DNA of 64,000 nucleotides from the NCBI GenBank assembly GCA_003388555.1, contig QQVD01000018.1, forward strand, positions 1,274 through 65,273, written 5' to 3'. Source of the DNA: Acidobacteriota bacterium (GTDB lineage: Bacteria > Acidobacteriota > Thermoanaerobaculia > Multivoradales > Multivoraceae). Under the pieces are notes generated by a model. It did not search any database and had not been told where the DNA came from. It saw only the letters and a list, made by a program, of their open reading frames with translations. Positions 20,841-31,081 of the stretch are shown piece after piece. The translations under genes and the position numbers were made by a program. The stretch's first letter is position 1. Each line of letters starts with the position of its first letter.

Positions 20841-22772
20841 CCGGGCGGACGGCGGGCAGGCACTCCCGCCGCGCCGAGTTTCCTTCTCCTGACCGGCGCC
20901 ATGCTGGCGCTCGCCTACCTCCCGTGTCTGGGGCGAGGTTTCGTCAGCGAGGACTTCTTCATCCTCCGGGCCTATGCCGCGGCCGAGCAGGAGGGCGCCA
21001 CGCTGCAGCTGGCGGCACGGCAGTTCGCTGGCCCCTGGCTCGAGCTCGTCCTGGTCGGCTTCTACCGGCCGTTGGGTTCGGCACTGCTGCAGTCTCTGTG
21101 GGTGGTGTTCGGGACGTGGTCCACGGGCTACCTCGTGGCGCACGGCGCTCTGCACCTGCTGAACGCCTGGCTGGTGGCGGACCTGACCGCGACCCTCTGT
21201 CGCGGCCGCGATCCAGGCGGCGCTGCGCCGAGAGCGACCACCCTGCCGGCGTCGCTCGCCGGTCTGGTGTTCGCGCTGCACCCGATGCATCCCAACGCGG
21301 TGCTGTTCGTCGCCAGCTACGCCACGCTGTACGGCGTGACTCTGGCGCTGCTGGCGCTGCGTTGGGCGATGAGCGGGCGTCAGATGGCCGCCAGCGTCGC
21401 CACCGGCGCGGCTCTGCTCGTCTACGAGCAGGCAGCGGTGCTGCCGGCGCTGCTGCTGCTCCTCGACCTGATCGCCCCGTCACGCTCGGGCGCCGTGCGG
21501 GGTCGTGGGCGCCAGCTGGGCCTCCTGGCCCGTCGACACGCTCCACGCTGGGCGCTCCTGGCGACCTACCTGGCGATCCGTCGCGGCGCGCTCGGAGAGA
21601 CGCTCGCAGGCTACGAGAGCTACTCGCGCGACCTCGGCTGGGATCGGCTGGCATCGACGACCGCCTGGCTCGCCGACTCGCTGGGGCGCGCACTGGTGCC
21701 GACATTCCAACTCGATGCGCTGGCCGGGACGATCGGCGGATTGGCCCTGGCGGTCCCACCTCTGCTCACGGTGGCGCTGGTCCTGCGGAGTGGCGGCGGT
21801 ACTGCGGGGCACCTCGCCGGAGCGCGCGCGGTGGCCTTCGGAGGGGTCGCGGCTGTGTTGTCGTTGCTGCCCTTTGCAGCCGGGCCGGGAGTGGTGTTCG
21901 GCAACGGTCGATACCTCTATCTGGCGACCGCCGGCACGGCATGTCTGCTCGGTGGCCTCGCCGCGCTGCTCGGCCACCGTGCGGACGAGACTGCGGCGAT
22001 CCCACCTCGCCGACGGCGCTCGCTGCGCTCCCTTCTTACGACGCTGCTCTGCATCGGTCTGCTGGCCGGCTACACCCTGCAACTGCTCGATCTGACGAGG
22101 CTCTACGGCGCCGCCGGCGCGGTGGCGGAAGAGGTGAGGTCCGCGGTGGCCGAGGCGGCGGGGAACCGGCCGTCCGCGCTGCACTTCGTTGCCGGTGCGC
22201 CGCGCTTCCTCGACCACGAGGGAGTCCCGGCGGCCCAGGTGCTGCACTGGGGCCTCGCCGACTCCCTGCTGCCGCCGTTCACCGGCGAGCCGGTCGTCAC
22301 CTACCCGGTCCCGGACGTCGACCGGTCGCTGCTGCAGCCCCTCTTCGAGAGCGCCGGCCCACCGCACGACCGGACAGCCTGGCGGTGGGTCGACGGTGCC
22401 CTGCAGCGGTGGGGGCCACCGACCGCGCCTCCACTGCCCGCGCTCGAGGTCGAATGGCAGAGCGCGACCGCCGGCGAGGCGACCGGTCGAACGGCCACCC
22501 GGTCGCTGCACGGGCTGGTGCGCGCCGGCTCGGCGGAGACGCCGCAGTACACCGACTTCCGCCTCGTGGTGGTGACCCGCGCCGCCTACCACGTCGAGAG
22601 GGTGCGCGGCGATGCAGCGAGCGGAAGCGTCGCCTTCGCGCTCCCCGCACCGCTCCTGGCGAGCTCGCGACGGCTCTACGGCGACACCCGGCCGGTGGCC
22701 TTCTGGTGGCTGGTGGCCGTCGACGCGGCCGGCCACCCGACGGCCGTCAGCGCGCTGCACACGGTGCACTGA
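20841..22772 (+). CDS. Polytopic membrane protein, GT-C/TMTC-like glycosyltransferase candidate
   Basis: First TM followed by GFVSEDF, then FYRPLG, LHLLNAWLV, LVFALHPMHPNAV, RYLYLA; roughly 10 TMs plus a periplasmic C-terminus. Start could be 20763. Confidence 0.6.
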   Translation, partial: PGGRRAGTPAAPSFLLLTGAMLALAYLPCLGRGFVSEDFFILRAYAAAEQEGATLQLAARQFAGPWLELVLVGFYRPLGSALLQSLWVVFGTWSTGYLVAHGALHLLNAWLVADLTATLCRGRDPGGAAPRATTLPASLAGLVFALHPMHPNAVLFVASYATLYGVTLALLALRWAMSGRQMAASVATGAALLVYEQAAVLPALLLLLDLIAPSRSGAVRGRGRQLGLLARRHAPRWALLATYLAIRRGALGETLAGYESYSRDLGWDRLASTTAWLADSLGRALVPTFQLDALAGTIGGLALAVPPLLTVALVLRSGGGTAGHLAGARAVAFGGVAAVLSLLPFAAGPGVVFGNGRYLYLATAGTACLLGGLAALLGHRADETAAIPPRRRRSLRSLLTTLLCIGLLAGYTLQLLDLTRLYGAAGAVAEEVRSAVAEAAGNRPSALHFVAGAPRFLDHEGVPAAQVLHWGLADSLLPPFTGEPVVTYPVPDVDRSLLQPLFESAGPPHDRTAWRWVDGALQRWGPPTAPPLPALEVEWQSATAGEATGRTATRSLHGLVRAGSAETPQYTDFRLVVVTRAAYHVERVRGDAASGSVAFALPAPLLASSRRLYGDTRPVAFWWLVAVDAAGHPTAVSALHTVH

Positions 22773-22787
22773 GCTCCAGCCGGGCGG

Positions 22788-23783
22788 CTAGCGACCCCGG
22801 CGCTTCGGGCCACCACGCTTGCCGGCGCTGATCTCCAGCTCGTGCTCGAGAGCTCGCGCGAACTCTCGCGCCGAGTGATGTCCCTCCAGCTTGAGGACGT
22901 GGTTGCGGGCCGCGATCTCGACCAGGTTGGAGATCGAGCGACCGGTGGCCACCGGCATCAGGATGTAGGGCACTGGAGTCTCGAGGATCTCGTAGAGCGT
23001 CTCCTCGAGGCCGAGCCGGTCGTAGGCGCGATCGCCCTCCCAGGGCTCGAGCTCGATCACCAGGTCGATCGAGTGGCGCTGACGCACCGCGGCGAGCCCG
23101 AAGAGGTCCTTCACGTTGATGATCCCCAGGCCGCGAAGTTCCATGTGGTGCGCCAGACGCTCGCCGGCGTTGCCGATGAGCTCACCGTTCGGGTAGCGCT
23201 TCATCTGCACGCTGTCGTCGCTGATCAGGCTGTGTCCCTTGGTGATCAGGTCGAGGGCGCACTCGCTCTTGCCGACCCCGCTGGAGCCGATCAGCAGGAC
23301 GCCGAGGCCGTAGATCTCGAGCAGCACTCCGTGCATGGTGTGACTCGGCACCAGATGCTCTTCGAGGAAGTAGCTGATCTCCTTGATCACCACCGAGGAG
23401 AGGCTGGAGGAGGAAAGCACCGGGATCTCCCGTTCACCGCAGAGCTCCAGGAACTCGTCGAACGGCGGGATCCCCTTGGTGACCACGAACACCGGCACCT
23501 CGAGCGCGGTGATCCGCTCGAACCGCTCGAGGCGATCCGCGGGCTCGAGGGTGCCCAGATAGGCGGTCTCGCTCTCGCCGATGATCTGCACCCTGCCCGG
23601 CTTGATGTAGTCGTAGTAGCCGGCGAACGCCAGGCCGGGTTTCTGGACCCGCGGGTTGGTTATGCGCCGGTCGAGTCTGTGCTCGGCGCAGAGAACCCGC
23701 AGGTGCAGCGGGTTGAGCTCGTCGGTCAGCAGCTCGCTGACCGGCACCGAGTCCAGCTGTTTCAGGGTGGGAGCCTGGACCAC
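22788..23783 (-). CDS. hprK: HPr kinase/phosphorylase
   Basis: HGVLLEIYGLGVLLIGSSGVGKSECALDLI and MELRGLGIINVKDLFG. Confidence 0.96.
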   Translation of the reverse strand: MVQAPTLKQLDSVPVSELLTDELNPLHLRVLCAEHRLDRRITNPRVQKPGLAFAGYYDYIKPGRVQIIGESETAYLGTLEPADRLERFERITALEVPVFVVTKGIPPFDEFLELCGEREIPVLSSSSLSSVVIKEISYFLEEHLVPSHTMHGVLLEIYGLGVLLIGSSGVGKSECALDLITKGHSLISDDSVQMKRYPNGELIGNAGERLAHHMELRGLGIINVKDLFGLAAVRQRHSIDLVIELEPWEGDRAYDRLGLEETLYEILETPVPYILMPVATGRSISNLVEIAARNHVLKLEGHHSAREFARALEHELEISAGKRGGPKRRGR

Positions 23784-23850
23784 TGGGTCGCCTCCGTGGG
23801 GGCGGAGCGGAGCGAAGCCCGCCTCCGGCCGATGGACTCAGAGATGGACG

Positions 23851-25821
23851 TCAGAAGACCTGCTTGCGATCGGTCGAGGACGGGATGTTCAGCTCGTCGC
23901 GATACTTGGCCACCGTGCGCCGCGCGATGTTGATGCCCTCCGCGTTGAGCCGCCGCATCAGCGCCGAATCGGACAGAGGCTTCTTGGGGTTCTCGCCCTC
24001 GATGAAGTGCTTGAGCTTGCGCTTGACGCTGAGCGACGAGACGTCCTCGCCCTGGTCGCTGTCGATGCCGCTGTGGAAGAAGAACTTCATCGGGTAGAGG
24101 CCGCGCGGAGTGTGGATGTACTTGTTCGACACCACCCGGCTGACCGTCGACTCGTGCATGCCGATGTCCTCGGCGACGTCGCGCAGGACCATCGGTCTCA
24201 GATGCTCGATGCCGCCGTCCAGGAAGCCCCGCTGCTGCTTGACGATCGAGTTCGCCACCTTGTAGATGGTGCGCTGCCGCTGATCGAGACTCTTGATCAG
24301 CCAGATCGCCGAGCGCATCTTCTCGCGCAGGTACTGCTGGGCGTCACTCTCGCGCCCCTCGGCGCGCATCTTCTGCAGCATCCTGCGGTACGCCTTGCTC
24401 ACTCGCAGGCGCGGCATGCCGTCGTCGTTGATCTGGATCACGTACTCGCCGCCGACCTTGACCACCGCGACGTCGGGCTCCACGTACTGTGGTCCCGAGC
24501 CGCCGAAGCGACGCCCGGGTCTGGTGTCGAGCCTCTTGATCCTCTCGAACGGCTCCTCGAGATCGGCGAGAGGACGCCCCATCGACTTGGCGATGGCGGC
24601 GAACTGCCGCTTCAGCAGACGGTCCCAGTCCTGCTCGATCAGCTCGTAGGCGAGGGTCTCGTCCTCTCCCGCCGCTCGCAGCTGCAGCAGCAGGCTCTGG
24701 CGCAGATCCACTGCACCGATGCCCGGCGGGTCGAGCGCCTGGATCAGCTCGATCGCCGATTCCACCGCGGCGCGCGGGTAGCCGGGGACCTCGGGACGCT
24801 GCGACGGGTCGGCGGACGCCGGATCGGGCGCTCCGGCCGCACCGACCGGCTCCCTGCCGGCCTCGTCCTCGAGCACGGCGACGCCGGCCCCTGCATCGAC
24901 CGCCTCGACCGAGTCGGCTGAGTCGACCCGTGAGCTGGCGACGCTCTGCGCCCGCAGGCCGGACGAGGCCACCGAGGCGACTCGTTGAGCCTGCGGCACC
25001 GCCGCCTCGCTGCGACGCTCGAGCTCCTCGAGCGAGGCATCCTCCGGGTCCGGCGTGCTGTCGCCTCCGTCGCGGGGCTCCTCGCGACGCTCGTCGTCCT
25101 TCCCGGCGCCGGCCTCGTGTGCACGCAGCCAGCGGCGGTGCGCCTCGAGGCGGCGCTCGTACTCGCTCCTCTCCTCGTCGCTGGCGGCGAGGAGCTGGAT
25201 CTCCTCCACCGAGGCGCGCAGGAAACCGTCCTCGTTGAGGTTGCCGATCACGACCTCCGCCAGCTCGCGGTCGAGCGGCTCGAGGTCCATCATGCGGATC
25301 TGCCACAGCAGGTGGTCGGAGAGCTCCGGCCCGGCACTGATGGTGTTCTCCAGCGGCGCGGCCTCGCGCAACTCGAAGGTCGAGGCCGCGGTCGATCCTG
25401 CACCGTCGAGGTAGTCGTTGAAGTAGGCGTCGATGTCGATGTCGTCGAGCGACTCGAGGTCCTCGCTCTCCTGCTCCTTGTCGTCGGCCTCGGCAGCGGG
25501 CTCGTCGGCCTCGCGCTCCTGCTGGCCGTCGGTTCGATCCGCTGCGTCGTCGCTGCGGGCATCGTCCTCGCCGGCCTGGGCTTCGGAGTCCGGCCCCTCG
25601 TCGCTGCCGCCGTCCGCCGCCTCGGGCTCCTGGTCGACGCCCTTCTCGTCGTCCTCGAGATCCTCCATCTGCTCCAGCATGGGGTTCTCGGTGAGCTCCT
25701 CGGTGATCACGCCTTCGAGCTCCAGGCGGGTCATCTGCAGCAGCTTGATCGCCTGCTGCAGCGACGGCGTCATCACCAGCCGCTGGGAGAGTTTCAGCGA
25801 GAGCTTCTGTTCTAGGGCCAT
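23851..25821 (-). CDS. rpoN: RNA polymerase sigma-54 factor (with large insertions)
   Basis: QRLVMTPSLQQAIKLLQM, HESTVSR, and RpoN box ARRTVAKYR. Confidence 0.96.
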   Translation of the reverse strand: MALEQKLSLKLSQRLVMTPSLQQAIKLLQMTRLELEGVITEELTENPMLEQMEDLEDDEKGVDQEPEAADGGSDEGPDSEAQAGEDDARSDDAADRTDGQQEREADEPAAEADDKEQESEDLESLDDIDIDAYFNDYLDGAGSTAASTFELREAAPLENTISAGPELSDHLLWQIRMMDLEPLDRELAEVVIGNLNEDGFLRASVEEIQLLAASDEERSEYERRLEAHRRWLRAHEAGAGKDDERREEPRDGGDSTPDPEDASLEELERRSEAAVPQAQRVASVASSGLRAQSVASSRVDSADSVEAVDAGAGVAVLEDEAGREPVGAAGAPDPASADPSQRPEVPGYPRAAVESAIELIQALDPPGIGAVDLRQSLLLQLRAAGEDETLAYELIEQDWDRLLKRQFAAIAKSMGRPLADLEEPFERIKRLDTRPGRRFGGSGPQYVEPDVAVVKVGGEYVIQINDDGMPRLRVSKAYRRMLQKMRAEGRESDAQQYLREKMRSAIWLIKSLDQRQRTIYKVANSIVKQQRGFLDGGIEHLRPMVLRDVAEDIGMHESTVSRVVSNKYIHTPRGLYPMKFFFHSGIDSDQGEDVSSLSVKRKLKHFIEGENPKKPLSDSALMRRLNAEGINIARRTVAKYRDELNIPSSTDRKQVF

Positions 25822-26072
25822 ACCGTTCGGGATTCTTGCATAGATCTTGCAAAGACTGGGCTTCGGCTGGGCACCGGAAGAGAGTTCCCGATGTCGGGTC
25901 CAGGCCCGAGCCGCCCGCGGATCGCCTGCAGGTCGGGGCCCGCTGCCGCAGCGCTGCCGCAGCGCCGCCGCAGCACCGCCGTGCACGTCGTCTCCAGGTC
26001 GATCGGGCCGCTCGCCGGGCAGAGCCCCGGTGAGGCTTCGCGGTCGGCTCCGGCACGGCGCCGGTGGGCGCG

Positions 26073-26972
26073 TCAGAGCCGGAATCCGTCTCCCAGGTAG
26101 ATCTTGCGCACCTGCGGGTCGGAGGAGAGCACCTCCGGAGAGCCGGCACGGAGGATCTCGCCGTTGTTGATGATGTAGGCGCGGTCCGTGATGCTGAGCG
26201 TCTCGCGCACGTTGTGATCGGTGATCAGGATGCCGATCCCCATGTTGCGCAGATGTCGGACGATCTGCTGGATGCCGAGGACCGCCTTGGGATCGATGCC
26301 GGCGAAGGGCTCGTCGAGCAGCACGAAGCGGGGATCGATGGCGAGCGCACGAGCGATCTCGACTCTCCGACGCTCGCCGCCGGAGAGCTCGTGGCCGAAG
26401 GACTTGCGCACCCGCTCGAGGTCGAGCTCGTGGATCAGCTGGTCGATCCTCCGACGCATCTCGGCGCTCGTCAGGCTCTGGGTCTCGAAGACCGCTCGCA
26501 GGTTGTTCTCCACCGACATCTTGCGGAAGACCGACGGTTCCTGTGGCAGGTAGCTCAGACCGCGCTGAGCCCGCAGGTACATCGGCAGATCGGAGATCTC
26601 CTCATCGTCGAGGAAGATGCGACCGCGGTCGGGTCGGGTGAGACCGACGACCATGTAGAAGGTGGTGGTCTTGCCGGCGCCGTTCGGGCCGAGCAGACCG
26701 ACGACCTCTCCCTGGTGCACCTGGATCGACACGTCCTTCACCACGGCTCTGCCGCGGTAGACCTTGCGCAGCCCCTGCGCCCGGATCACCGCTCCGGCGG
26801 GCAGTCGGTCCGCGCCTTCCCGATCGACCTCCGCCGACACGTCGGCCGGCACCACCTCGATCGATGGTCCCGGCGCAGCCTCCTCGCCGCCGCCGTCCCT
26901 GACCTCGGACGCCGGCGGGCGCGCGTCGTCGGCCGGACGCCTACGAGTCCGTCGGCGCTGCGCCACCGGCAT
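26073..26972 (-). CDS. lptB: LPS export ABC ATPase LptB
   Basis: [51 protein letters not shown]. Confidence 0.96.
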   Translation of the reverse strand: MPVAQRRRTRRRPADDARPPASEVRDGGGEEAAPGPSIEVVPADVSAEVDREGADRLPAGAVIRAQGLRKVYRGRAVVKDVSIQVHQGEVVGLLGPNGAGKTTTFYMVVGLTRPDRGRIFLDDEEISDLPMYLRAQRGLSYLPQEPSVFRKMSVENNLRAVFETQSLTSAEMRRRIDQLIHELDLERVRKSFGHELSGGERRRVEIARALAIDPRFVLLDEPFAGIDPKAVLGIQQIVRHLRNMGIGILITDHNVRETLSITDRAYIINNGEILRAGSPEVLSSDPQVRKIYLGDGFRL

Positions 26973-29124
26973 CCCCCATCTTGAACAGACCGCTCTCCAT
27001 GCTGTACCAGAGCCGGTAGCCCGCGACCTTGCCGACGGCCGGATCCTCGAGGGTCAGAGGTTCCCCGAACAGGATCACCTCGCCACGCGACAGATCGTAC
27101 TCGGCACGCTCCGCACGGATGGTCCGCGACGAGGCCGGATCGACGATCCTGGCGCTGCCGAGGCAGTGCATCTTGTCGGCGTTCTGGTTCGCGTCGAGCT
27201 CGACCTCCATCCGATCGCAGGAGATCCTGCGCTGGTTCTGCAGCGCCACCACCTCTCCTTGATACACCAGCTCCTCCGATGCCTCCGAGTAGGTCAGGAT
27301 GTCGGAGGTCACTTCGATCTGGCGCGGCCCCGTCGGCTCGAGATCGCTGGCCTGTCGCCCGTCGGCCGCGTCCCCGGCCGTTGCCCCCGCCTCGGCTCGG
27401 GCCTGGGCACTGGTGGTCAGCAGGCTTCGCACGCCGCCGGATGCCGCCAGCTCGGTGCCGTCGCTGCTGCCGCGCAGCTGATCCGCGAACAGCACACTGG
27501 CGCCGGACCAGGCACGCACCTGGTCGCGGAACAGGAACTCGGAGCTGCCCCTACGCAGCAGTGCCTCCTGCGCCTCCACCCTCACCGGCTCGTCGCCGTC
27601 GCCGAGGGGGCCGCGCGCCACCGCGCCGGTGGCCGGCGCCAGCTCGGAGCGCACCCCGCCGCGGGCGAGCAGGAGCCCGGTGTCCTGGTTGAACGTCACC
27701 CGTGGCGCTCGCAACTCGCCCTGGTCGCTGAACAGCTCGACCTCGGGAGCCCCGATCAGCTCGATCCGATCCTGCACCAGCTGCATCTCGGCGCGCGCGG
27801 CCACCGCTCGCAGGTCGCCTTCGCGCAGCGTCACCGCATCACGCAGCTCGGCCAGGGCGAGCTTGCCGGCGCCGTCGAACTCGGCGTGCAGGCTCTTCGC
27901 CGTCGCTTCGCGCAGCGGCCGGTCCGGCGCGGCGTTGTCGAGCTCCACCAGCTCGACGTCGCCGAGTGCGTCGATCGACCGCGGCTTGCGTTCGTCGAAC
28001 CCGACGCGGATCCCCGAGGCGGTGACCCGGCGGGTCAGGCCGCTGCCGTCGTCGGCGGCGAAGACCGCGGGCAACTTGCGCACGCCTTCGAGGTCGAGAG
28101 ACTCGATCTCCGAGCGCCGGTTGAGCGCCAGCGCCAGGCTTGCGCCGCGGAAACGGGCGCCCGAGCCCGGCAGCAGCTCGTCCTCCGAACCGGTCGTCTC
28201 GTCCTCCTCCGTCTCGTCCTCGAACGCCAGGTCGTCGAGCTCGTCCGCCTCTGCGCCGCTCCGAGCCCCGGCGGCGGACGCCGCTCCCCGCGCGCCGACG
28301 TCCTCTTCGAGGGCGGCGATCGAGCTCGCCGCGACCAGGCCGCGGACCTTCCACAGCGCCCGGACGTAGCGCACGATGTCCTCGACCTCGTCCAGGTACA
28401 GCGAGAGCCGCTCGCTGCGCAGCTCGTCGGGACCGCGCCGGACGACGACCCGCCCCTGGGCTCGCGCCAGGCGGTTCGCCTGCAGGTAGAGGACCTCCTG
28501 CGCCCGCAGCCGCAGCGCCGGCTCGACCCCGTCGCGCGATCGCACCAGCACGCCACCACGCAGCAGCACGGTCTCCTCGACGAAGTCCATCCGGAAGTGC
28601 GTCGCGCGACCGACCAGGTCGGCACCGAGCTCGAAGCGCGTGCCGCGAGATGTCTCCAGCAGGTTGCCGTTGTGCGACAGCTCGAGCCACTCTGTGTAGA
28701 GCTTCATGCCTCCGGGGTCGACCACCACCACTTCGCCCTCGAGCCGGGCCTCGCCGCGGACCTGGTTGTACTCCGCCTTCCTGCTGTAGATCCGGTAGAG
28801 GCCGTCGGCGCGCGAGAAGGACAGCTCGACGCCCTCGAGGAAGACGTTGTCCTCACGATCGGCCAGCAGCCTCTCGCCGGCGATCTCGAACAGGGTGCGC
28901 CCCTCCTGCTCGAAGGTCTTGCGGAAGCCCGTCGAGACGACCGCGGCGTCGGTGTCGTCGCCGCGCAGGTCTCCCGGCACCGAGGAGTCGCCGGAGCCCT
29001 GCCCTCCCAGCACCTGGCCCCGGTTGAGGACGAGCAACACCACCAGCCCGCCGAGGGTGGCCAGGAAGGTGAGCAGGAGAGCAGTGCGGAGGAGCCGCAA
29101 CGAGGCGCGGCCGGGGCGAGCCAT
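26941..29124 (-). CDS. LptC/LptA (OstA) multi-domain LPS bridge protein
   Basis: N-terminal TM followed by repeated beta-jellyroll-like segments; directly upstream of lptB. Confidence 0.8.
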   Translation of the reverse strand: MARPGRASLRLLRTALLLTFLATLGGLVVLLVLNRGQVLGGQGSGDSSVPGDLRGDDTDAAVVSTGFRKTFEQEGRTLFEIAGERLLADREDNVFLEGVELSFSRADGLYRIYSRKAEYNQVRGEARLEGEVVVVDPGGMKLYTEWLELSHNGNLLETSRGTRFELGADLVGRATHFRMDFVEETVLLRGGVLVRSRDGVEPALRLRAQEVLYLQANRLARAQGRVVVRRGPDELRSERLSLYLDEVEDIVRYVRALWKVRGLVAASSIAALEEDVGARGAASAAGARSGAEADELDDLAFEDETEEDETTGSEDELLPGSGARFRGASLALALNRRSEIESLDLEGVRKLPAVFAADDGSGLTRRVTASGIRVGFDERKPRSIDALGDVELVELDNAAPDRPLREATAKSLHAEFDGAGKLALAELRDAVTLREGDLRAVAARAEMQLVQDRIELIGAPEVELFSDQGELRAPRVTFNQDTGLLLARGGVRSELAPATGAVARGPLGDGDEPVRVEAQEALLRRGSSEFLFRDQVRAWSGASVLFADQLRGSSDGTELAASGGVRSLLTTSAQARAEAGATAGDAADGRQASDLEPTGPRQIEVTSDILTYSEASEELVYQGEVVALQNQRRISCDRMEVELDANQNADKMHCLGSARIVDPASSRTIRAERAEYDLSRGEVILFGEPLTLEDPAVGKVAGYRLWYSMESGLFKMGDAGGAAPTDS

Positions 29125-29133
29125 GCGGTCATT

Positions 29134-30969
29134 CTATGGTCCGCTCGGCGGCGCCCCGTGCGCCTCGCCGCTGTGTCGACGCAGCTCGCGGACCACCAGC
29201 GTGGGACAGCCGAGATAGTCGTCCCAGCTGAGCTCACCGAGGATCTCGTAGGGCCCGTCGGCGGCGGTCTGCTGCAGACGCTCACCGTGCCAGGCCACCA
29301 GCGGCAACCTGGCCCCCTTGCGGTCACGGGCCATCAGCTTCAGGTGCCCGTTGCCGAAGACCCGCGGCGGGACGACGTTCTCGAGCGGACCGAGGCGGAT
29401 CATCGGTACCGGGTTGCCCGGACCGTAGGGCTCGAGTCGTTGCAGGGTGACGAAGAGGTCCCGATCGACCCGGGCGGCGGAGTCGAAGTCCAGCTCGTAG
29501 GGCAGCCGACGCTGGAGGACCTCGGGCGCCCAGAGCGCTGCGCGCTGCCAGGCCTCGCGCAGCTCCTCGAGCTGCTCGGCGCGCACCGTGAGCCCGATGG
29601 CGTGCTCGTGTCCACCGAAGCGCTCGAGTCGCTCCCGCCAGGGAGCCAGGAAGTCGTAGAGGTGCACACCGTCGATCGATCGTCCCGAACCGGTGGCCAC
29701 GCCGTCCTCGACCGCCAGCAGGAGCGTCGGCCGGTGCAGCTCGCGGGCCAGCCGCCCGGCAGCGATGCCCACCACACCGCGGTGCCACTCCTCGCTCCAT
29801 GCCACCAGGATGCCGGGCAGACCGGAGTCCGGCGGCGCCATCGTGGCGACCGAGGCGACGTCGGCCTCGTTCCCGATGCCCAGCACGGCGGCACGCGCCT
29901 GCTCGAGCACCCGACGCTCCTCACCCTGACGACGCTGGTTCCAGCCGTCCAGCGCCTCGGCGAGGCGACGTGCCTCGGCGGCGTCGGTGGTCAGCAACAG
30001 GTCGAGGGCGTGCTGTGCCGAGTCGAGCCGCCCCGCCGCGTTGATCCGCGGACCGAGCCGGAACCCCACGTCCTGCGCCCGCATCGGAGACTTCACCCCG
30101 GCCACCCGCACCAGCTCACGAAGCCCTGGCGATCGCGCCTCGTCGAGGGCGCGCAGCCCGAGCGCCGCGATGGTGCGGTTCTCTCCCACCAGTGGCACGA
30201 CGTCGGCGATCGTGCCGAGTACCGCGATGCGTAGCAGAGCCGCGATCGGCGGCGTTCGACCGAGCGAGACGTAGAGCGCGCAGGCCAGTTTGAACGCCAG
30301 GCCGGCTCCGCAGAGCTCGGCGTTGGCGTAGCGGTTCCCGGGCTGCTTGGGATTGATCTGCACCACGTCGCCCGGGAAGTCCCGACCCGGGAGATGGTGG
30401 TCGGTGACGATCACGTCGATGCCGACGCTGCGCGCCGCCGCGATCGCCGCCGCCGAGGTGGTACCGCAGTCCACCGTCACGATCAGCGAGCAGCCGAGAC
30501 GCTGTGCCTCGTCGACCTGGCGCTGCCGGAAGCCGTAGCCGTCGCGCATGCGATGCGGCAGGATCTGCTCGGTGCCGATGCGGCACGCCTTCAGAGCCGC
30601 GCTGAGCAGGGCGGTCCCGGAGACCCCGTCGACGTCGTAGTCACCGACCACCGCGACCCGCTCTCCGTGCAGCCGTGCCCGCTGCAGACGCTCGACGGCC
30701 TCCCGCATTCCGCGCAGCTCGAACGGATCGAGCAGCTGGTCGACGTGGGGCGACAGGAAGCGCTCGGCCTGCTCGAGCGTGCGCACGCCGCGCCGTGCCA
30801 GCATGCCGGCGAGCTCGGCCTCGATCCCGCCGGCGACGAGCACGTCGGCAGGTGCCGGCCACGCCGCGGGTTCCCACGCGGCGGCGGGCGTCGTGGCGAC
30901 CGGCACCTCCCCGAGTGCGGCGTCCTCGACCGTCGGGTCGGTACTCGGGTCATCCACCGTGAGATCCAC
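29134..30969 (-). CDS. recJ: ssDNA exonuclease RecJ
   Basis: GDYDVDG, TVDCG, TDHH, GTIADVVPL, PRINAAGRL, GSGRS, FGGH. Confidence 0.96.
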   Translation of the reverse strand: MDLTVDDPSTDPTVEDAALGEVPVATTPAAAWEPAAWPAPADVLVAGGIEAELAGMLARRGVRTLEQAERFLSPHVDQLLDPFELRGMREAVERLQRARLHGERVAVVGDYDVDGVSGTALLSAALKACRIGTEQILPHRMRDGYGFRQRQVDEAQRLGCSLIVTVDCGTTSAAAIAAARSVGIDVIVTDHHLPGRDFPGDVVQINPKQPGNRYANAELCGAGLAFKLACALYVSLGRTPPIAALLRIAVLGTIADVVPLVGENRTIAALGLRALDEARSPGLRELVRVAGVKSPMRAQDVGFRLGPRINAAGRLDSAQHALDLLLTTDAAEARRLAEALDGWNQRRQGEERRVLEQARAAVLGIGNEADVASVATMAPPDSGLPGILVAWSEEWHRGVVGIAAGRLARELHRPTLLLAVEDGVATGSGRSIDGVHLYDFLAPWRERLERFGGHEHAIGLTVRAEQLEELREAWQRAALWAPEVLQRRLPYELDFDSAARVDRDLFVTLQRLEPYGPGNPVPMIRLGPLENVVPPRVFGNGHLKLMARDRKGARLPLVAWHGERLQQTAADGPYEILGELSWDDYLGCPTLVVRELRRHSGEAHGAPPSGP

Positions 30970-31081
30970 CTCGGTGAGGCCGCGGCGCGATTCTGCTCTT
31001 CTCGTCCATCGAGGTCCCGATGCTAAGCCACCGCCGCCCAGCGTCGCCTTCTTCGTCTTCGCTCGACGGTGGCGGCGCTGC

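Noticed and set aside
26764-30234. Very long plus-strand ORFs (1156 aa here; also 7977-10649, 34820-36898, 37378-39372, 16845-18800)
   Set aside because: These are antisense shadows of well-supported minus-strand genes, as expected in high-GC DNA.
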